Positions 9,274 through 19,884 of a DNA stretch of 64,000 bases are shown here, in pieces. The notes below the pieces were generated by a model that saw only the letters and a program-made list of their open reading frames with translations, searched no databases and was not told the DNA's origin. The translations under genes and the position numbers were made by a program. The DNA is from a virus. Position 1 is the first letter of the stretch, and each line of letters begins with the position of its first letter. The stretch is from the IMG/VR virus record IMGVR_UViG_3300031569_001508, positions 1 to 64,000 of that record; one strand, written 5' to 3'.

Positions 9274-9607
9274 TCAAGCAGTAGAATATAGACAAAACTT
9301 ATTTAATCAAATCCACGAAATTGTTTTTCATGGGAATGGGGGTTATGACTGGCATACGGTATATGAAATGCCTATATGGTTAAGAAATTTTACTTATAAA
9401 AAAATATCAGATCATTTTGAAGCTCAAAATAAAGCACAAAGTGGTACGTCTACTAATGATTTAGAAAAAGGAAGAGAGATTTTAAAACAAGCTCAAAGAA
9501 GTGATCCCGCAAATGCCCAAAAGGATAAATACATAGAAAAATTTTCTAAACCATCACAAAAAGTAAAAATACCAGATTTTGTTACTACTAAGGCTAAAAA
9601 AGCATAA
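9245..9607 (+). CDS. Second tail-chaperone ORF, probably expressed as a frameshifted extension of 8449-9273
   Basis: Overlaps the upstream gene across a T8 run; IHEIVFHGNGGYDWHTVYEMPIWLR motif; weak GTG start. Confidence 0.65.
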   Translation: MPTFFSLTHNQAVEYRQNLFNQIHEIVFHGNGGYDWHTVYEMPIWLRNFTYKKISDHFEAQNKAQSGTSTNDLEKGREILKQAQRSDPANAQKDKYIEKFSKPSQKVKIPDFVTTKAKKA

Positions 9608-9614
9608 TTTAGTA

Positions 9615-9623
9615 ATATTTATA
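9615..9623 (+). promoter_or_regulatory. Putative late promoter before tape measure
   Basis: ATATTTATAACAAAA, same as the copy at 3065. Confidence 0.7.
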
Positions 9624-9639
9624 ACAAAATAACCGGCTA

Positions 9640-12600
9640 ATGTCAAAAGCATCAGAAATAAGAGAATTAAACAAGCAGTTAGAAGCACTTGAAAAAAAAT
9701 ACAAGGAATTAAATAGAATTTCTCCTTTTCAAGGGAAAGATGCTAAAGAAGTAGCAAAACAATATGGCTCTGTAAATAAAGCAATGAAGGAAGTTGCAAC
9801 TTCTTTTACGGGCATTAGGGCTGACATCTTAGAAATGGACTCTGGATTAGATGGTTTAAAGTCTATATTTGCAGACATTGGTAAAGAATTAGGGGATATG
9901 GATAATCCTTTAAAAGCAGCAACTAAATCATTCAAAAAATTAAGAAACTTTGCTGAAGATTTATCTGATATACAATATGATATATCTTCATCTTCAATGA
10001 AAGAAACTAAATCTTTAAAAACTAAAGTAAATTTAGAATTTAATAGATTAAAACGACAAAAAGCAGCTTTACAAAACCAATTACAAAGTAGTAACTTAAC
10101 TGCAAAAGAAAGAGATGCTACTATAGAATTAATTGAATTAGCATCTGATAAGGAAAAAGCAATGGAAGGTCAAGTTGGATATCAATCTGACTTTAACAAA
10201 GCTTTAAATACAACCCTTAAACGCCAAAAAAGAATTAGTAATGCTACTGGTTTAACAGGAAAAGCAATAAAAGGATTAAGTGGATTTGCAGAAAAGATAG
10301 GTTTTGGTGATATGGGTGATGATCTTGATGACATACAATCGCAAATGAAAGATCAAGCTGTTACTTTAACAGATAATGGTAAAAAGGCAGCAGGTTTAGG
10401 AGGACAGTTTAAAATAATGGGTACTGGATTAAAAGGTTTAGGTAAATCTTTAGCTTCAGCTTTAACAGATCCTCTTGTTATTGTAACTATGATAGTAAAA
10501 GCTGTTAAATTTTTATTTAAAATATTTACATCAACTTTAGATAAAGTTAATAAAGTAGGACAAGCCTTTGGGGTAGCAGGAAAAAATGCTGAATTTTTAA
10601 AAAATCAAATTACCGCAGCTGGGGATGCATCTGGAAATGTTTTTTACTTTACTGAAGAATTAATAGAAGCTCAAAAAGAATTAAATAATGTAGCTGGAGT
10701 AACTTTAAAATTTAATGAAGCTAATGCAAAATCTTTTCAAGATTTAACTTTATACGCTGGTTATAGTGCAGAGCAAATAAAAGCATTAACAAAATTATCC
10801 TATGAGGCAGGAGTTCCTTTAATGGAGATGGAAAATGCTGTGGTAGGTACATTAAATGCAGCTAATGATGCAACTGGCATTTATATAGATCAAAATGCTA
10901 TATTTAACCAATTACAGGGTGCTAGTGCAAGTGTAAGATTTAATATTAAAGGTGGAACTGAAGGTTTAGTAAAAGCAGCACATACTGCAGCTAGGTTAGG
11001 AACTACAATGGATGAAATAGCTGCAGCTTCTAAAACACATTTAGATTTTGAGTCTTCAATAGCTAAAGAAATTGAAGCAGAAATGTTTCTCCAAAAAGAT
11101 TTAAGTTTAGATAAATTAAGACATGCAGTAGCAACAGGAGACACAGCTACTATGGCAGCAGAACAATTAAGACTTGTTACAGAGAATAAAAAAGCACTTG
11201 AGGGTAATGTATTTGCTCAAGAAGCATTTTCTGGTTTATTAGGAATATCTCAGGATAAACTAACTGAAATGATGTTAGGTGAGAAAAAGTTAGCAAATAT
11301 TAAAAAAGATCAATTAAAGACTGAAAAAGCTTCAGGTAAAGAAATGTCTGATCAAGGTAAAGAAGCAGTTGCATTTGATAGAAGTATGCAAAGTGCTGTA
11401 AAGCAATTAAAGACTGCTTTAGAACCTATAGCTAAAAAAATAGGTCCTGTTATATTAAACATGGTTCAAGCAATAGGTCCTATAATTGAAAAAGTATTAA
11501 CTTTCTTAGGAGGCCCATATGGAAAAATAATGATGGGATTAGCAGCAGGATTTTTAGCTATTAAGGGTGCTGTAGCTATAGTAAGTAAAGTTAAAAGTTT
11601 CTTTGGAAAAGGTTTTGCGGCATTTGGAAAAAGAGGTTCAAATCCTTTTAACCCTATGTTTGTAGAAGATGCTACTGGAAGTGGTGGTGGTGGTGGCGGC
11701 GGCGGTGGCGGCGGCGGAGGTGGAAGTCGAGGAAATAAAGGAGTTACGTACGATAAAAAAGCTAAGAGATATAGAAACTCAAAAGGCCAATTTACTAAAA
11801 AACCAAAAGGATTTAAACCAAAAACAAGATTTAAAGGTAGAGGTAGAGGACTAGCGGGTTTACTACTAGCTGGAGGGGGAATGATGTTGGCAAATTCATT
11901 AATGTCAGGTGGAGGTGAAAATAGTGAAGGTGTAGATGAATATGGAAACCCAATTGAAGGTGGAGGTGGAATGAGTACAAATGCTATGGTTGGTGGCGGA
12001 ATGATGGGTGTTAGTGGAATGGATATGGGTTTAATGGGTGCTGAAGTAGGAGCAGATGCATTAACTGGGAATATGGGTAATAAAGCAAAAACAACACCAA
12101 AACCAAAACCAAAACCAAAACCTAAACCAAAACCAAAAGCAAGTAAAGGATTTTTTAGTAATCTATATGATGGGGCAAAAAATATGGCTAGCAATGCCTA
12201 CTCAGGAGCAAAAGGAATGGCTAGCAGTGCCTACTCAGGAGTTAGTAATGCCTATCAAGGAGCAAAAGGAATGGCTAGTAATGCCTATCAAGGAGCAAAA
12301 GGAATGGCTAGTAATGCTTATCAAGGAGCAAAAGGAATGGCTAGTAGCGCTTATCAAGGAGCAAAAGGAATGATGCCTGATTTTGTTGGGCAGTCTAAAA
12401 AATGGTTAGGATCTAAAATGGGTAGCATTTTTCCAACCTTAATTAAAAAAGTAAAAGATCCTTTAAAGTCAGTTTTAAGTAAAATCCCATTTATAGGAGC
12501 TATTATGGAGATGTTATTTACAGGAATGGATGTAAATTCAATTGCTAAATCTAAAGATATGTCTCCATCTGAAATGTATGGGGAGATGGGTTCATCTATA

Positions 12601-13035
12601 ATAAGTGGTGGTATGGGATTAGTTGGTGGTTCTTTAGCAGCTGCTGGGGTTTCATCTTTACAGGCAGTAGGAATACCTGGATGGTTACTTTCAGGTGCAG
12701 CTTATATGGGAGGTGATTATTTAGGTAGAATGTTAGGAGATGCAATAGCAGATTATGTAGGAGGACCGGCATTAGGAAAATCAATATTTGATTTATTTTA
12801 CTCAGATTCTCCAAAAGGGGGAGATGGGGAAGTCGCTATGTTAGCAAAAGGAGGTATAGTAAATCAAGCAACTCCTGCAATTATAGGAGAAGCAGGGCCA
12901 GAAGCAGTTATACCTTTAACTAAATTTTATGAAAAAATAGATGAACTAATAAAAGTTGTAAAACAGCAAGGAACAGTTTATTTAGATGGAGTTAAAGTAG
13001 GAGAAGTATTAGCTTTACAATCATCAGCAATGTAG
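9640..13035 (+). CDS. Tape measure protein
   Basis: 1131 aa, helical, A/G/K/M rich; C-terminal LAKGGIV...IIGEAGPEAVIPL; position after the tail chaperones. Confidence 0.88.
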   Translation: MSKASEIRELNKQLEALEKKYKELNRISPFQGKDAKEVAKQYGSVNKAMKEVATSFTGIRADILEMDSGLDGLKSIFADIGKELGDMDNPLKAATKSFKKLRNFAEDLSDIQYDISSSSMKETKSLKTKVNLEFNRLKRQKAALQNQLQSSNLTAKERDATIELIELASDKEKAMEGQVGYQSDFNKALNTTLKRQKRISNATGLTGKAIKGLSGFAEKIGFGDMGDDLDDIQSQMKDQAVTLTDNGKKAAGLGGQFKIMGTGLKGLGKSLASALTDPLVIVTMIVKAVKFLFKIFTSTLDKVNKVGQAFGVAGKNAEFLKNQITAAGDASGNVFYFTEELIEAQKELNNVAGVTLKFNEANAKSFQDLTLYAGYSAEQIKALTKLSYEAGVPLMEMENAVVGTLNAANDATGIYIDQNAIFNQLQGASASVRFNIKGGTEGLVKAAHTAARLGTTMDEIAAASKTHLDFESSIAKEIEAEMFLQKDLSLDKLRHAVATGDTATMAAEQLRLVTENKKALEGNVFAQEAFSGLLGISQDKLTEMMLGEKKLANIKKDQLKTEKASGKEMSDQGKEAVAFDRSMQSAVKQLKTALEPIAKKIGPVILNMVQAIGPIIEKVLTFLGGPYGKIMMGLAAGFLAIKGAVAIVSKVKSFFGKGFAAFGKRGSNPFNPMFVEDATGSGGGGGGGGGGGGGGSRGNKGVTYDKKAKRYRNSKGQFTKKPKGFKPKTRFKGRGRGLAGLLLAGGGMMLANSLMSGGGENSEGVDEYGNPIEGGGGMSTNAMVGGGMMGVSGMDMGLMGAEVGADALTGNMGNKAKTTPKPKPKPKPKPKPKASKGFFSNLYDGAKNMASNAYSGAKGMASSAYSGVSNAYQGAKGMASNAYQGAKGMASNAYQGAKGMASSAYQGAKGMMPDFVGQSKKWLGSKMGSIFPTLIKKVKDPLKSVLSKIPFIGAIMEMLFTGMDVNSIAKSKDMSPSEMYGEMGSSIISGGMGLVGGSLAAAGVSSLQAVGIPGWLLSGAAYMGGDYLGRMLGDAIADYVGGPALGKSIFDLFYSDSPKGGDGEVAMLAKGGIVNQATPAIIGEAGPEAVIPLTKFYEKIDELIKVVKQQGTVYLDGVKVGEVLALQSSAM
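12172..12373 (+). repeat. 33-bp tandem repeat (GAKGMASNAYQ, 11 aa) in the tape measure gene
   Basis: ggagcaaaaggaatggctagtaatgcctatcaa repeated about 5-6 times, with one shortened unit. Confidence 0.92.
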
Positions 13036-13099
13036 ATAAGGTATTGTAATCTTCCTAAATAGGTTAATATTTATAATAAAACCAATAAAAATTTAAATT

Positions 13100-13396
13100 A
13101 TGGCAAATTCATTATTAAACAAATTCGATTCAAATGGTTCACTTTTAGGTGTACCTGTTTCACCTGCAGATGGAACTATGAATGATGACATTAGTGTTCA
13201 AGGTCTTTCAAGATTACATAACCAATATTCAAATATAGGTGATCCAAATCTAACAGCACCAGCATATAATAATATGGGAGCAGCAGCTATGGGGTATTCA
13301 AATCCAAACCCATCATCATTAGGTCAAAGGACGCAACTTTATCAAGAACCATCATCAAGATATAAACAAAACGCACCAGAAAACAGGTCATTTTAA
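13100..13396 (+). CDS. Hypothetical virion protein
   Basis: 98-aa ORF after a late-type motif. Confidence 0.65.
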   Translation: MANSLLNKFDSNGSLLGVPVSPADGTMNDDISVQGLSRLHNQYSNIGDPNLTAPAYNNMGAAAMGYSNPNPSSLGQRTQLYQEPSSRYKQNAPENRSF

Positions 13397-13406
13397 ATAC
13401 TAGCAA

Positions 13407-15836
13407 ATGCCTTTAATAACTTCTACTACAGCTCTTAATAAACTGAAGTGGGGTAACGATAGATTTAATTCTGGTATGGGAAATGGTAGTAACCAACCTT
13501 ATATTAGGACTGATATTCCAGGGGTTAATTTAAATAATCCTAACCCTACACTTTTTAATGATGGCGCTGATTTTCTTCAATCATCTAATTTTCAGGATGG
13601 GGGAGATCTTCCTGCAAAAACAGGAATTGACTTCTTAATCAGAAATGGGTTTAAAGCTCCAGCAGATGCTTTAACTGATGTTAGTAGACTTTTTAAAATG
13701 TTTACAGATTTAAAATCACCTAATGGTCTTTTATTTACAGCAGCTCAAAATATATTATCTCGAACAGCTGTAAAAACAGAAGCATCTTATGGAATTGGGT
13801 ATGGTGGAGTTAAACCACCAAATTTTATAACAGGTGAAGGTGGAGGAGCTTTAAATGAAGGTATTTATACTCCTTTAAGTACAATAGCTCAAGCAGGTGT
13901 AGGTTTTACAGGTACACATTTAAATTTAATGGGTTTAGACCCAACTTCACCTATGTCAGGGGTTGTAGAAGGTGGATTATTTCCCAATGCAGGTTTAACT
14001 CGTTATAGTGAAGTAATTAAAGCAAAAAATGCACCAGCTGCATTTGCTGAAAGAGAAATAAAACAAACCGTAAAAGTAAAAAATCCTGATTATTCAATTT
14101 TTAGTGCAGAACCTTTAATATTAGGGAGTGAAGGACAAAACAACCCGATAGTACCTGAATTTATAGAAAAAGAAGTAACAACATTTGTACCTAACGATCA
14201 AGGTGATTTTGATAATAGATTAACTAAACTTTTAAGTAATAAAATAAATATAGGAACAAATGATGTTAATATTATATCATATACAGGGGGACCAGGTTCA
14301 ATATTAGGTATAGGAAGTACAAATATTAGATTCGCAGATCAAAGAACAGGTATAAATAATTCTTTATTTACTTCAGACCCAGCTTATTTTAAAGGAGGAC
14401 CTAGTGCTACAAAAGATAAATTTAACAGAAGTCCAGAATCAAAAGATTATATTTCAAAATTAGGAGCATCTTTATGGGCTCAAAAAACTTTTAGGGATGA
14501 AGAAGATAGAGAATCTATAATTGGTTATAACACAAATGAACAAATTGAAGCTGAAAATACAAAACAATCAACAATAAGACCAGCAGCTTTAACATTGGGT
14601 GCTTCTTCATTTTTTACAGCTACTCCTAGTACAGTACCAAATGATTATTCTATTTTTTTAAGACCAAATACTCCTACTTCATTAATAAATAAAACTAATA
14701 TTTTTTATATTGGGGCCTCTGCAAAATTTACTCAAGCCTTTTCAAATGATGACCTTTATGTTGAGCTTAATGTTGATAGTGACGGAGCAATACAGGGGTG
14801 GGAAAATAATGTATATAAAAACAATCTAGTTAGTGTAGGTGTTAATGAAGGAGGTAAACAATGGGCTAATAATACTTGGACATTCACACAACTACAAATT
14901 AACTCCCAAGAGTTATATAGAATAAATCCAAGAGTACAAGATTTTAGAAAAAGAATAATTGAAGATGCTGGTATTACTGAATCAAGTGTATTATCACTAG
15001 CTCCAGATTATGTTACTAAAGCAGCAAATTCAAGAATTAATAGAGGTGATCCTGGAAAATCTTTTAAAAATGTATTTAATTATGGTTTACCTGCTACACA
15101 AACAGCAGCTTTAGATAAACTAACGGCAATGCCCATGTACGAAAGTGCAGGACCTAATACAAATTTTGCTATTAATGATTTTTGTAAATTTAGAATAGCA
15201 GCTATAAGCAATGAACCTGACGCAAATGGTAAAGCTGTTTATATGCACTTTAGAGCATTTATAGATTCATTTACTGATTCATATAATGCAGGGTGGGACC
15301 CAGTAAAATATTCTGGTAGAGGTGAAAGTTTATATAATTATACAGGGTTTGAAAGAAGCATAAATTTATCATTTACTTGTTTTGCTCAATCAAAAGCAGA
15401 ACTTATCCCTATGTATAAAAAATTAAATTATTTAGCATCAACATTAGCTCCTGATTATACAGCAGCTGGGTTTATGAGAGGAAATATAGTAAGATTAACA
15501 ATGGGGGGCTATTTATATGAACAACCTGGATTTATATCTTCATTAACCTATGATATTCCCCAAGAAGCTCCTTGGGAAATAGCTATCAATGCTGAAGGTG
15601 GAGGTGATGGTAGTGTTAAAGAATTACCTCATATGATTAAAGTAAGTAGTTTTCAATTCACCCCAATCCATACTTTCTTACCACAAAAACCAAATTCAGC
15701 AAATAACCCAGATGAAAGATATATAGCATTATCTAATGCTTTTAATAGCAGAGGAAACTATGCAGATGAATACTTAATGCAAACAGCAGATGGTGATGGA
15801 GATGGTAACAGCGCAAATAATATACCAGGTGAATAG
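13407..15836 (+). CDS. Baseplate / tail-tube initiator-like protein
   Basis: C-terminal FRAFIDSFTDSYNAGW...GRGESLYNYTGFERSINLSF...LTMGGYLYEQPGFISSLTY, typical of tube-initiator folds. Confidence 0.65.
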   Translation: MPLITSTTALNKLKWGNDRFNSGMGNGSNQPYIRTDIPGVNLNNPNPTLFNDGADFLQSSNFQDGGDLPAKTGIDFLIRNGFKAPADALTDVSRLFKMFTDLKSPNGLLFTAAQNILSRTAVKTEASYGIGYGGVKPPNFITGEGGGALNEGIYTPLSTIAQAGVGFTGTHLNLMGLDPTSPMSGVVEGGLFPNAGLTRYSEVIKAKNAPAAFAEREIKQTVKVKNPDYSIFSAEPLILGSEGQNNPIVPEFIEKEVTTFVPNDQGDFDNRLTKLLSNKINIGTNDVNIISYTGGPGSILGIGSTNIRFADQRTGINNSLFTSDPAYFKGGPSATKDKFNRSPESKDYISKLGASLWAQKTFRDEEDRESIIGYNTNEQIEAENTKQSTIRPAALTLGASSFFTATPSTVPNDYSIFLRPNTPTSLINKTNIFYIGASAKFTQAFSNDDLYVELNVDSDGAIQGWENNVYKNNLVSVGVNEGGKQWANNTWTFTQLQINSQELYRINPRVQDFRKRIIEDAGITESSVLSLAPDYVTKAANSRINRGDPGKSFKNVFNYGLPATQTAALDKLTAMPMYESAGPNTNFAINDFCKFRIAAISNEPDANGKAVYMHFRAFIDSFTDSYNAGWDPVKYSGRGESLYNYTGFERSINLSFTCFAQSKAELIPMYKKLNYLASTLAPDYTAAGFMRGNIVRLTMGGYLYEQPGFISSLTYDIPQEAPWEIAINAEGGGDGSVKELPHMIKVSSFQFTPIHTFLPQKPNSANNPDERYIALSNAFNSRGNYADEYLMQTADGDGDGNSANNIPGE

Positions 15837-16152
15837 ATATAATAACATACAACAAATAAGAAACACAAATGAGTTTGTAGGAACCATAGGAGATTTGTAT
15901 TTTAGGACAGTATTTTATCCAGAAATAGAACCTCAAGAATCAGACATTTATGTTGAAACTGAGTTTGGAGATAGATTAGATTTATTAGCTAATCAATTTT
16001 ACGGAGATGTTACACTATATTGGATTATATCATTAGCTAACCCTAATGCTATGGGTTTTAGTGCTTTATTTCCTCCAATAGGTTCTCAATTAAGGATACC
16101 TACAAATGTTAGCGGAATAATAGATAGTTATAATCAATTAAATGTTTTATAA
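15829..16152 (+). CDS. Baseplate wedge protein, LysM-like (gp53-like)
   Basis: GDRLDLLANQFYGDVTLYWIISLANP...GSQLRIP; likely GTG start at 15829 (track start 15790). Confidence 0.8.
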   Translation: MNRYNNIQQIRNTNEFVGTIGDLYFRTVFYPEIEPQESDIYVETEFGDRLDLLANQFYGDVTLYWIISLANPNAMGFSALFPPIGSQLRIPTNVSGIIDSYNQLNVL

Positions 16153-16154
16153 AA

Positions 16155-19100
16155 ATGAACAGACTTGGAACGCCTTTTGTACCCTGGGTTACTAAACAAA
16201 TTAACACCAGACAATCTTCTTTAGGTAAAAGTATAGATTTACCTGTACAAGACTTACTCTATCAAAATGCAAAATCACCTTGGTTACGATTATCTAGTAC
16301 AGTTGACATAGAAAAACTCCCAGAAAGTGATGGTGCTCATCAAGCATTATTAGACCTTGGATTTAATGGAAATCAAATTGAAGGAAGTAATATAGCAAAA
16401 AATTTTATACTTCAAGGGGGAACAACTTTTTTAGATGGTGATACTGGAAGTCCTAATGTAGGGTTAAATGCTAGTAATCAATCATTTAGAGGAGCTTATG
16501 GGTGGGGAGGGTTAGATCAAAGAGGATATGCGCCAATGCCTGGATTAACAGGAGCTACAGTACAATATCAAGGAAACGGAGCCTTATCTAAAACTACTAT
16601 TAAAATGAAATGTTATACTAGAAATCAGTTAGCATTAATGGATATGCTTTACATGAGACCTGGATATAATCTTCTTTTAGAATTTGGATGGAGTCAATAT
16701 TTAAATAATGATGGGGTTTTAGTTACTTATGATAATTTCTACTCAGACGCTTTAAGCTTTTTATTTAACCCACAAGCAATAAGTAGTGAAAAACCTAATC
16801 ATTTTGATGTTTTAGATTTAATACAAAAAGAAAGAAGAAATAGAGATGGTAATTATGAGGGAGTATTTGGTAAAGTAGTTAACTTTGATTGGAGTTTTAA
16901 CCCTGATGGAAGTTATGATTGTTCTACTGTTATAAGTGGGATGGGTGATATGATGGAATCCCTTAAAGTTAATATAAAATTAGATACCCAAAAAGATGAT
17001 GAACAAAATACAACAGCTCCTACAGTAGCTGGAGAAACAGAGTTACCACCTTTAATAGCTAATAAAACAAAAACAACATTAAATAAGATTTTATTTAATT
17101 TATATGAAAAAGTTAATAGTCCTAGTGATAAAGATCAATATTGGGATGTAAAACTACCATCTTTTCCTAATGCCCCCGTTGAAATAACAGCTGAAGGAGA
17201 ACAATCAACAGCTTTTAAAAAAGAAGACATAAACATTAAAGATGGGATGTTATCACTCCAAAATATTACTACAGATCTTGCAACTAATGCATCTCCTCAA
17301 GTGTATATAACTTTTGGAACTTTATTAGCTTTTATTCAACAAAAAATACTTATTTTTAATAAAGATGGGGCTCCTTTATTTGCATTTGATGTTGATTTTA
17401 ATGACTTACCTAATGATAAAAACTATATAGTAAAAATTCCAGGGCAATTTTCTTCAGATCCTCTAGTATGTTTAGTACCTTATTCAGGTCTTCCTAAGGA
17501 TGTAGCTAATGATGCTATAATTTATAAAACTTCTATTAATGAAACATTAAAACAAAAAGCAAGTAACTACAATTTTAGTGAGTATTTAGGAAAATTATGT
17601 AACATTTATTTAAATATAAATAATATTGCAACTATACTAGATACTTCACCTAGACAAGAAGACAATAGCTTATCAGTACTATCATTTTTAAATAATGTTG
17701 TATCTTCTTTTACAAAAGCATTAGGGGGAATAAATATGATTTCAATAAAAGTTGATGAACAAACCCAAAAAATAAAATTTATAGAAGGAGCTCCTCAAAG
17801 ATTTGAACAAGTACCACCACTTTCAACTTATGCTAGAATTAATACTTTTGGGGTAAAACCTAACACAGAGGGAAGTTTTGTAAGAAACATTAATATGGTA
17901 GGGGCAATAGGATCTAATTTTATGTCTGCAATAGCAATAGGTGCTCAATATAGTGGAAACAAAATTTCATCAAATTCAACAGGATTATCAGTCTATAATA
18001 GAGGATTAAAAGATAGAGTAATACCTCAACGAAACAATTCAACATACACAGCTGCATCAACGGATGAATCAGATAAAGAAGAAACAAAAACTATATCTGA
18101 TTGTTGGAATAAACAAATAAATAGAGCTGGGGAAAGTGGTAAGTCACTTTTCTACAGTATCTATCAAGATAGATTATTAATTTTAGAAGATATAAATGCT
18201 TTAAAAGAATTAAATACTACTTTTATGTCTATGGTAAGTGGAAAACTAGTTTTAATGAAACAGTTACAATCACCTACATTTTTACCTTTTAATTTAAGTT
18301 TTGACATAGATGGAATATCAGGTATGAGAATGTTTGAAAGATTTTTAATTGATGATAGAGTGTTACCCCCATCATATGGAGAGGGAAATGTAAATTTATT
18401 AGTTAAATCATTAAACCATATGATATCTCCTTCATCTTGGATTACACAAATAGATACTCAAGCAGTACCATCAAGACCATTAGATCCTGTAGCAAAACCA
18501 GTTCAATTAGATTCAATATCAACTACACAATCAACATCAGTTGTAGGTAATGATTCACCACCTCCTCCTGGAGAACAACCCTCAGAAGATGAATTATTAA
18601 GAATAAGATTAACAAGAATATTAGATGACGGAACCCAAACCTTGGGTTATATGGAAATATTAGATACAGATGAAACAACAGTATTATATACTTTAGCAAC
18701 TTCAGAATTGCCTTGGAAAGGAAATAGAAATAAAGTTAGTTCTATCCCAACAGATAAATATAGAGTAAAATCTCATGTTAGTGGTAAACATGGTCAATGT
18801 TTTTGGTTAATAGGTAATGAACAAGGAGGATATGCAAAAAATAGATTATTTGGTAATGGGTATACTAGAACAGCTGTTTTAATTCATAAATTTCCAAAAG
18901 CTCCTGGATGGGCTTTAGGCTGTATAGGACCTGGTCTTAGATTTAATGATCAAGCTAACCAAAGAGGAAGACAAAAGGGAACAGGACAAAATTATCTTGA
19001 ACCTGCATTACCTCAATCTAACCAAGCTATGGCTAAAATTATAGGCACATTATATAGTGAAGGATCATTCAAAATGGAAATTGTAAATCAAGGAGGAGTT

Positions 19101-19187
19101 AGTTCAAATCAATTACCTAAGTCATTTGACACTGTAAGAGGGATAGCTACTAGTAAAAATTTATTACCTAACCCATATAATAAGTAA
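16155..19187 (+). CDS. Baseplate hub/central spike-associated protein with C-terminal DUF5675-like (L,D-peptidase-like) domain
   Basis: N-terminal RPGYNLLLEFGW and GKVVNFDWSFNPDGSYDC hub motifs; C-terminal TLGYM...SELPWKGN...SSIPTDKY...RTAVLIH...GCIGPG. Confidence 0.65.
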   Translation: MNRLGTPFVPWVTKQINTRQSSLGKSIDLPVQDLLYQNAKSPWLRLSSTVDIEKLPESDGAHQALLDLGFNGNQIEGSNIAKNFILQGGTTFLDGDTGSPNVGLNASNQSFRGAYGWGGLDQRGYAPMPGLTGATVQYQGNGALSKTTIKMKCYTRNQLALMDMLYMRPGYNLLLEFGWSQYLNNDGVLVTYDNFYSDALSFLFNPQAISSEKPNHFDVLDLIQKERRNRDGNYEGVFGKVVNFDWSFNPDGSYDCSTVISGMGDMMESLKVNIKLDTQKDDEQNTTAPTVAGETELPPLIANKTKTTLNKILFNLYEKVNSPSDKDQYWDVKLPSFPNAPVEITAEGEQSTAFKKEDINIKDGMLSLQNITTDLATNASPQVYITFGTLLAFIQQKILIFNKDGAPLFAFDVDFNDLPNDKNYIVKIPGQFSSDPLVCLVPYSGLPKDVANDAIIYKTSINETLKQKASNYNFSEYLGKLCNIYLNINNIATILDTSPRQEDNSLSVLSFLNNVVSSFTKALGGINMISIKVDEQTQKIKFIEGAPQRFEQVPPLSTYARINTFGVKPNTEGSFVRNINMVGAIGSNFMSAIAIGAQYSGNKISSNSTGLSVYNRGLKDRVIPQRNNSTYTAASTDESDKEETKTISDCWNKQINRAGESGKSLFYSIYQDRLLILEDINALKELNTTFMSMVSGKLVLMKQLQSPTFLPFNLSFDIDGISGMRMFERFLIDDRVLPPSYGEGNVNLLVKSLNHMISPSSWITQIDTQAVPSRPLDPVAKPVQLDSISTTQSTSVVGNDSPPPPGEQPSEDELLRIRLTRILDDGTQTLGYMEILDTDETTVLYTLATSELPWKGNRNKVSSIPTDKYRVKSHVSGKHGQCFWLIGNEQGGYAKNRLFGNGYTRTAVLIHKFPKAPGWALGCIGPGLRFNDQANQRGRQKGTGQNYLEPALPQSNQAMAKIIGTLYSEGSFKMEIVNQGGVSSNQLPKSFDTVRGIATSKNLLPNPYNK

Positions 19188-19837
19188 TGTACATACCTAA
19201 AAGTAGAATAAAGACAAATTTATATACATCTGGTGATGAGTATATGTTAAAATCAACTCAAAAAGAGTATATTGGGTTTTACCACACATTATACACAGGG
19301 AAGGCATATACCGGAAAAACACAAAATGATAAACCTATAGAGGAATTAATAGCATTTAAAAATACAACAGAAGAAATATTTAAATTAACCTCAGAAGGAA
19401 AAATATTTCAACAATATGCTGAAAATTGGGATGGTGAAGTAATCCCAGGCCAGTTCCAAAATATGGAAGATGTTAGAATTTATAACAATATAACAGAAAC
19501 TGATATTTCTAAAACAGCACTTATTCCCCAACAATCATACCCTAACCCAACAGAAGAAGATTATGAATTAGGCTCATTTACTAGATATTTTGCTGTTAAA
19601 ACAAACCAAGATATATATTTAGAATTGGATTACACTACTTATAAAAAATTAAAGAAAAAAGATGCTAACTGGAATTGGCAGTTATACGAGTGTTTTTCAA
19701 TACAATGGACACTAGTTGGAGAAGCTGTTCGAACTGCCCAAATTAATAGAAATCAAATTTTAATAGCTGAACAAAGAACAAAAAGATTAGGGTTTGATGT
19801 ATTTTTAAGAAAAAACTATTTAAAATTTTATAGATAG
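19187..19837 (+). CDS. Conserved hypothetical (baseplate-associated) protein
   Basis: 216 aa, NLYTSGDEY...YIGFYH...YTGK; stop-start overlap with the hub gene. Confidence 0.65.
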   Translation: MYIPKSRIKTNLYTSGDEYMLKSTQKEYIGFYHTLYTGKAYTGKTQNDKPIEELIAFKNTTEEIFKLTSEGKIFQQYAENWDGEVIPGQFQNMEDVRIYNNITETDISKTALIPQQSYPNPTEEDYELGSFTRYFAVKTNQDIYLELDYTTYKKLKKKDANWNWQLYECFSIQWTLVGEAVRTAQINRNQILIAEQRTKRLGFDVFLRKNYLKFYR

Positions 19838-19838
19838 A

Positions 19839-19867
19839 TTGGAGTTATAATATTATTTTTGTATATT
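19839..19867 (+). promoter_or_regulatory. Early/middle promoter TTGG-N18-GTATATT
   Basis: Matches the repeated motif; marks the boundary between structural and replication genes. Confidence 0.75.
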
Positions 19868-19884
19868 GGTACAAAATAATAGTT

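Noticed and set aside
11466-12194. 242-aa minus-strand Pro-rich ORF
   Set aside because: Antisense mirror of the Gly/Lys-rich low-complexity tape-measure segment; no minus-strand expression signals.
12167-12373. ORF with KEQKEWLVMP repeats, and CRISPR-like 33-bp periodicity
   Set aside because: Alternative-frame reading of the tape-measure tandem repeat; no unique spacers.
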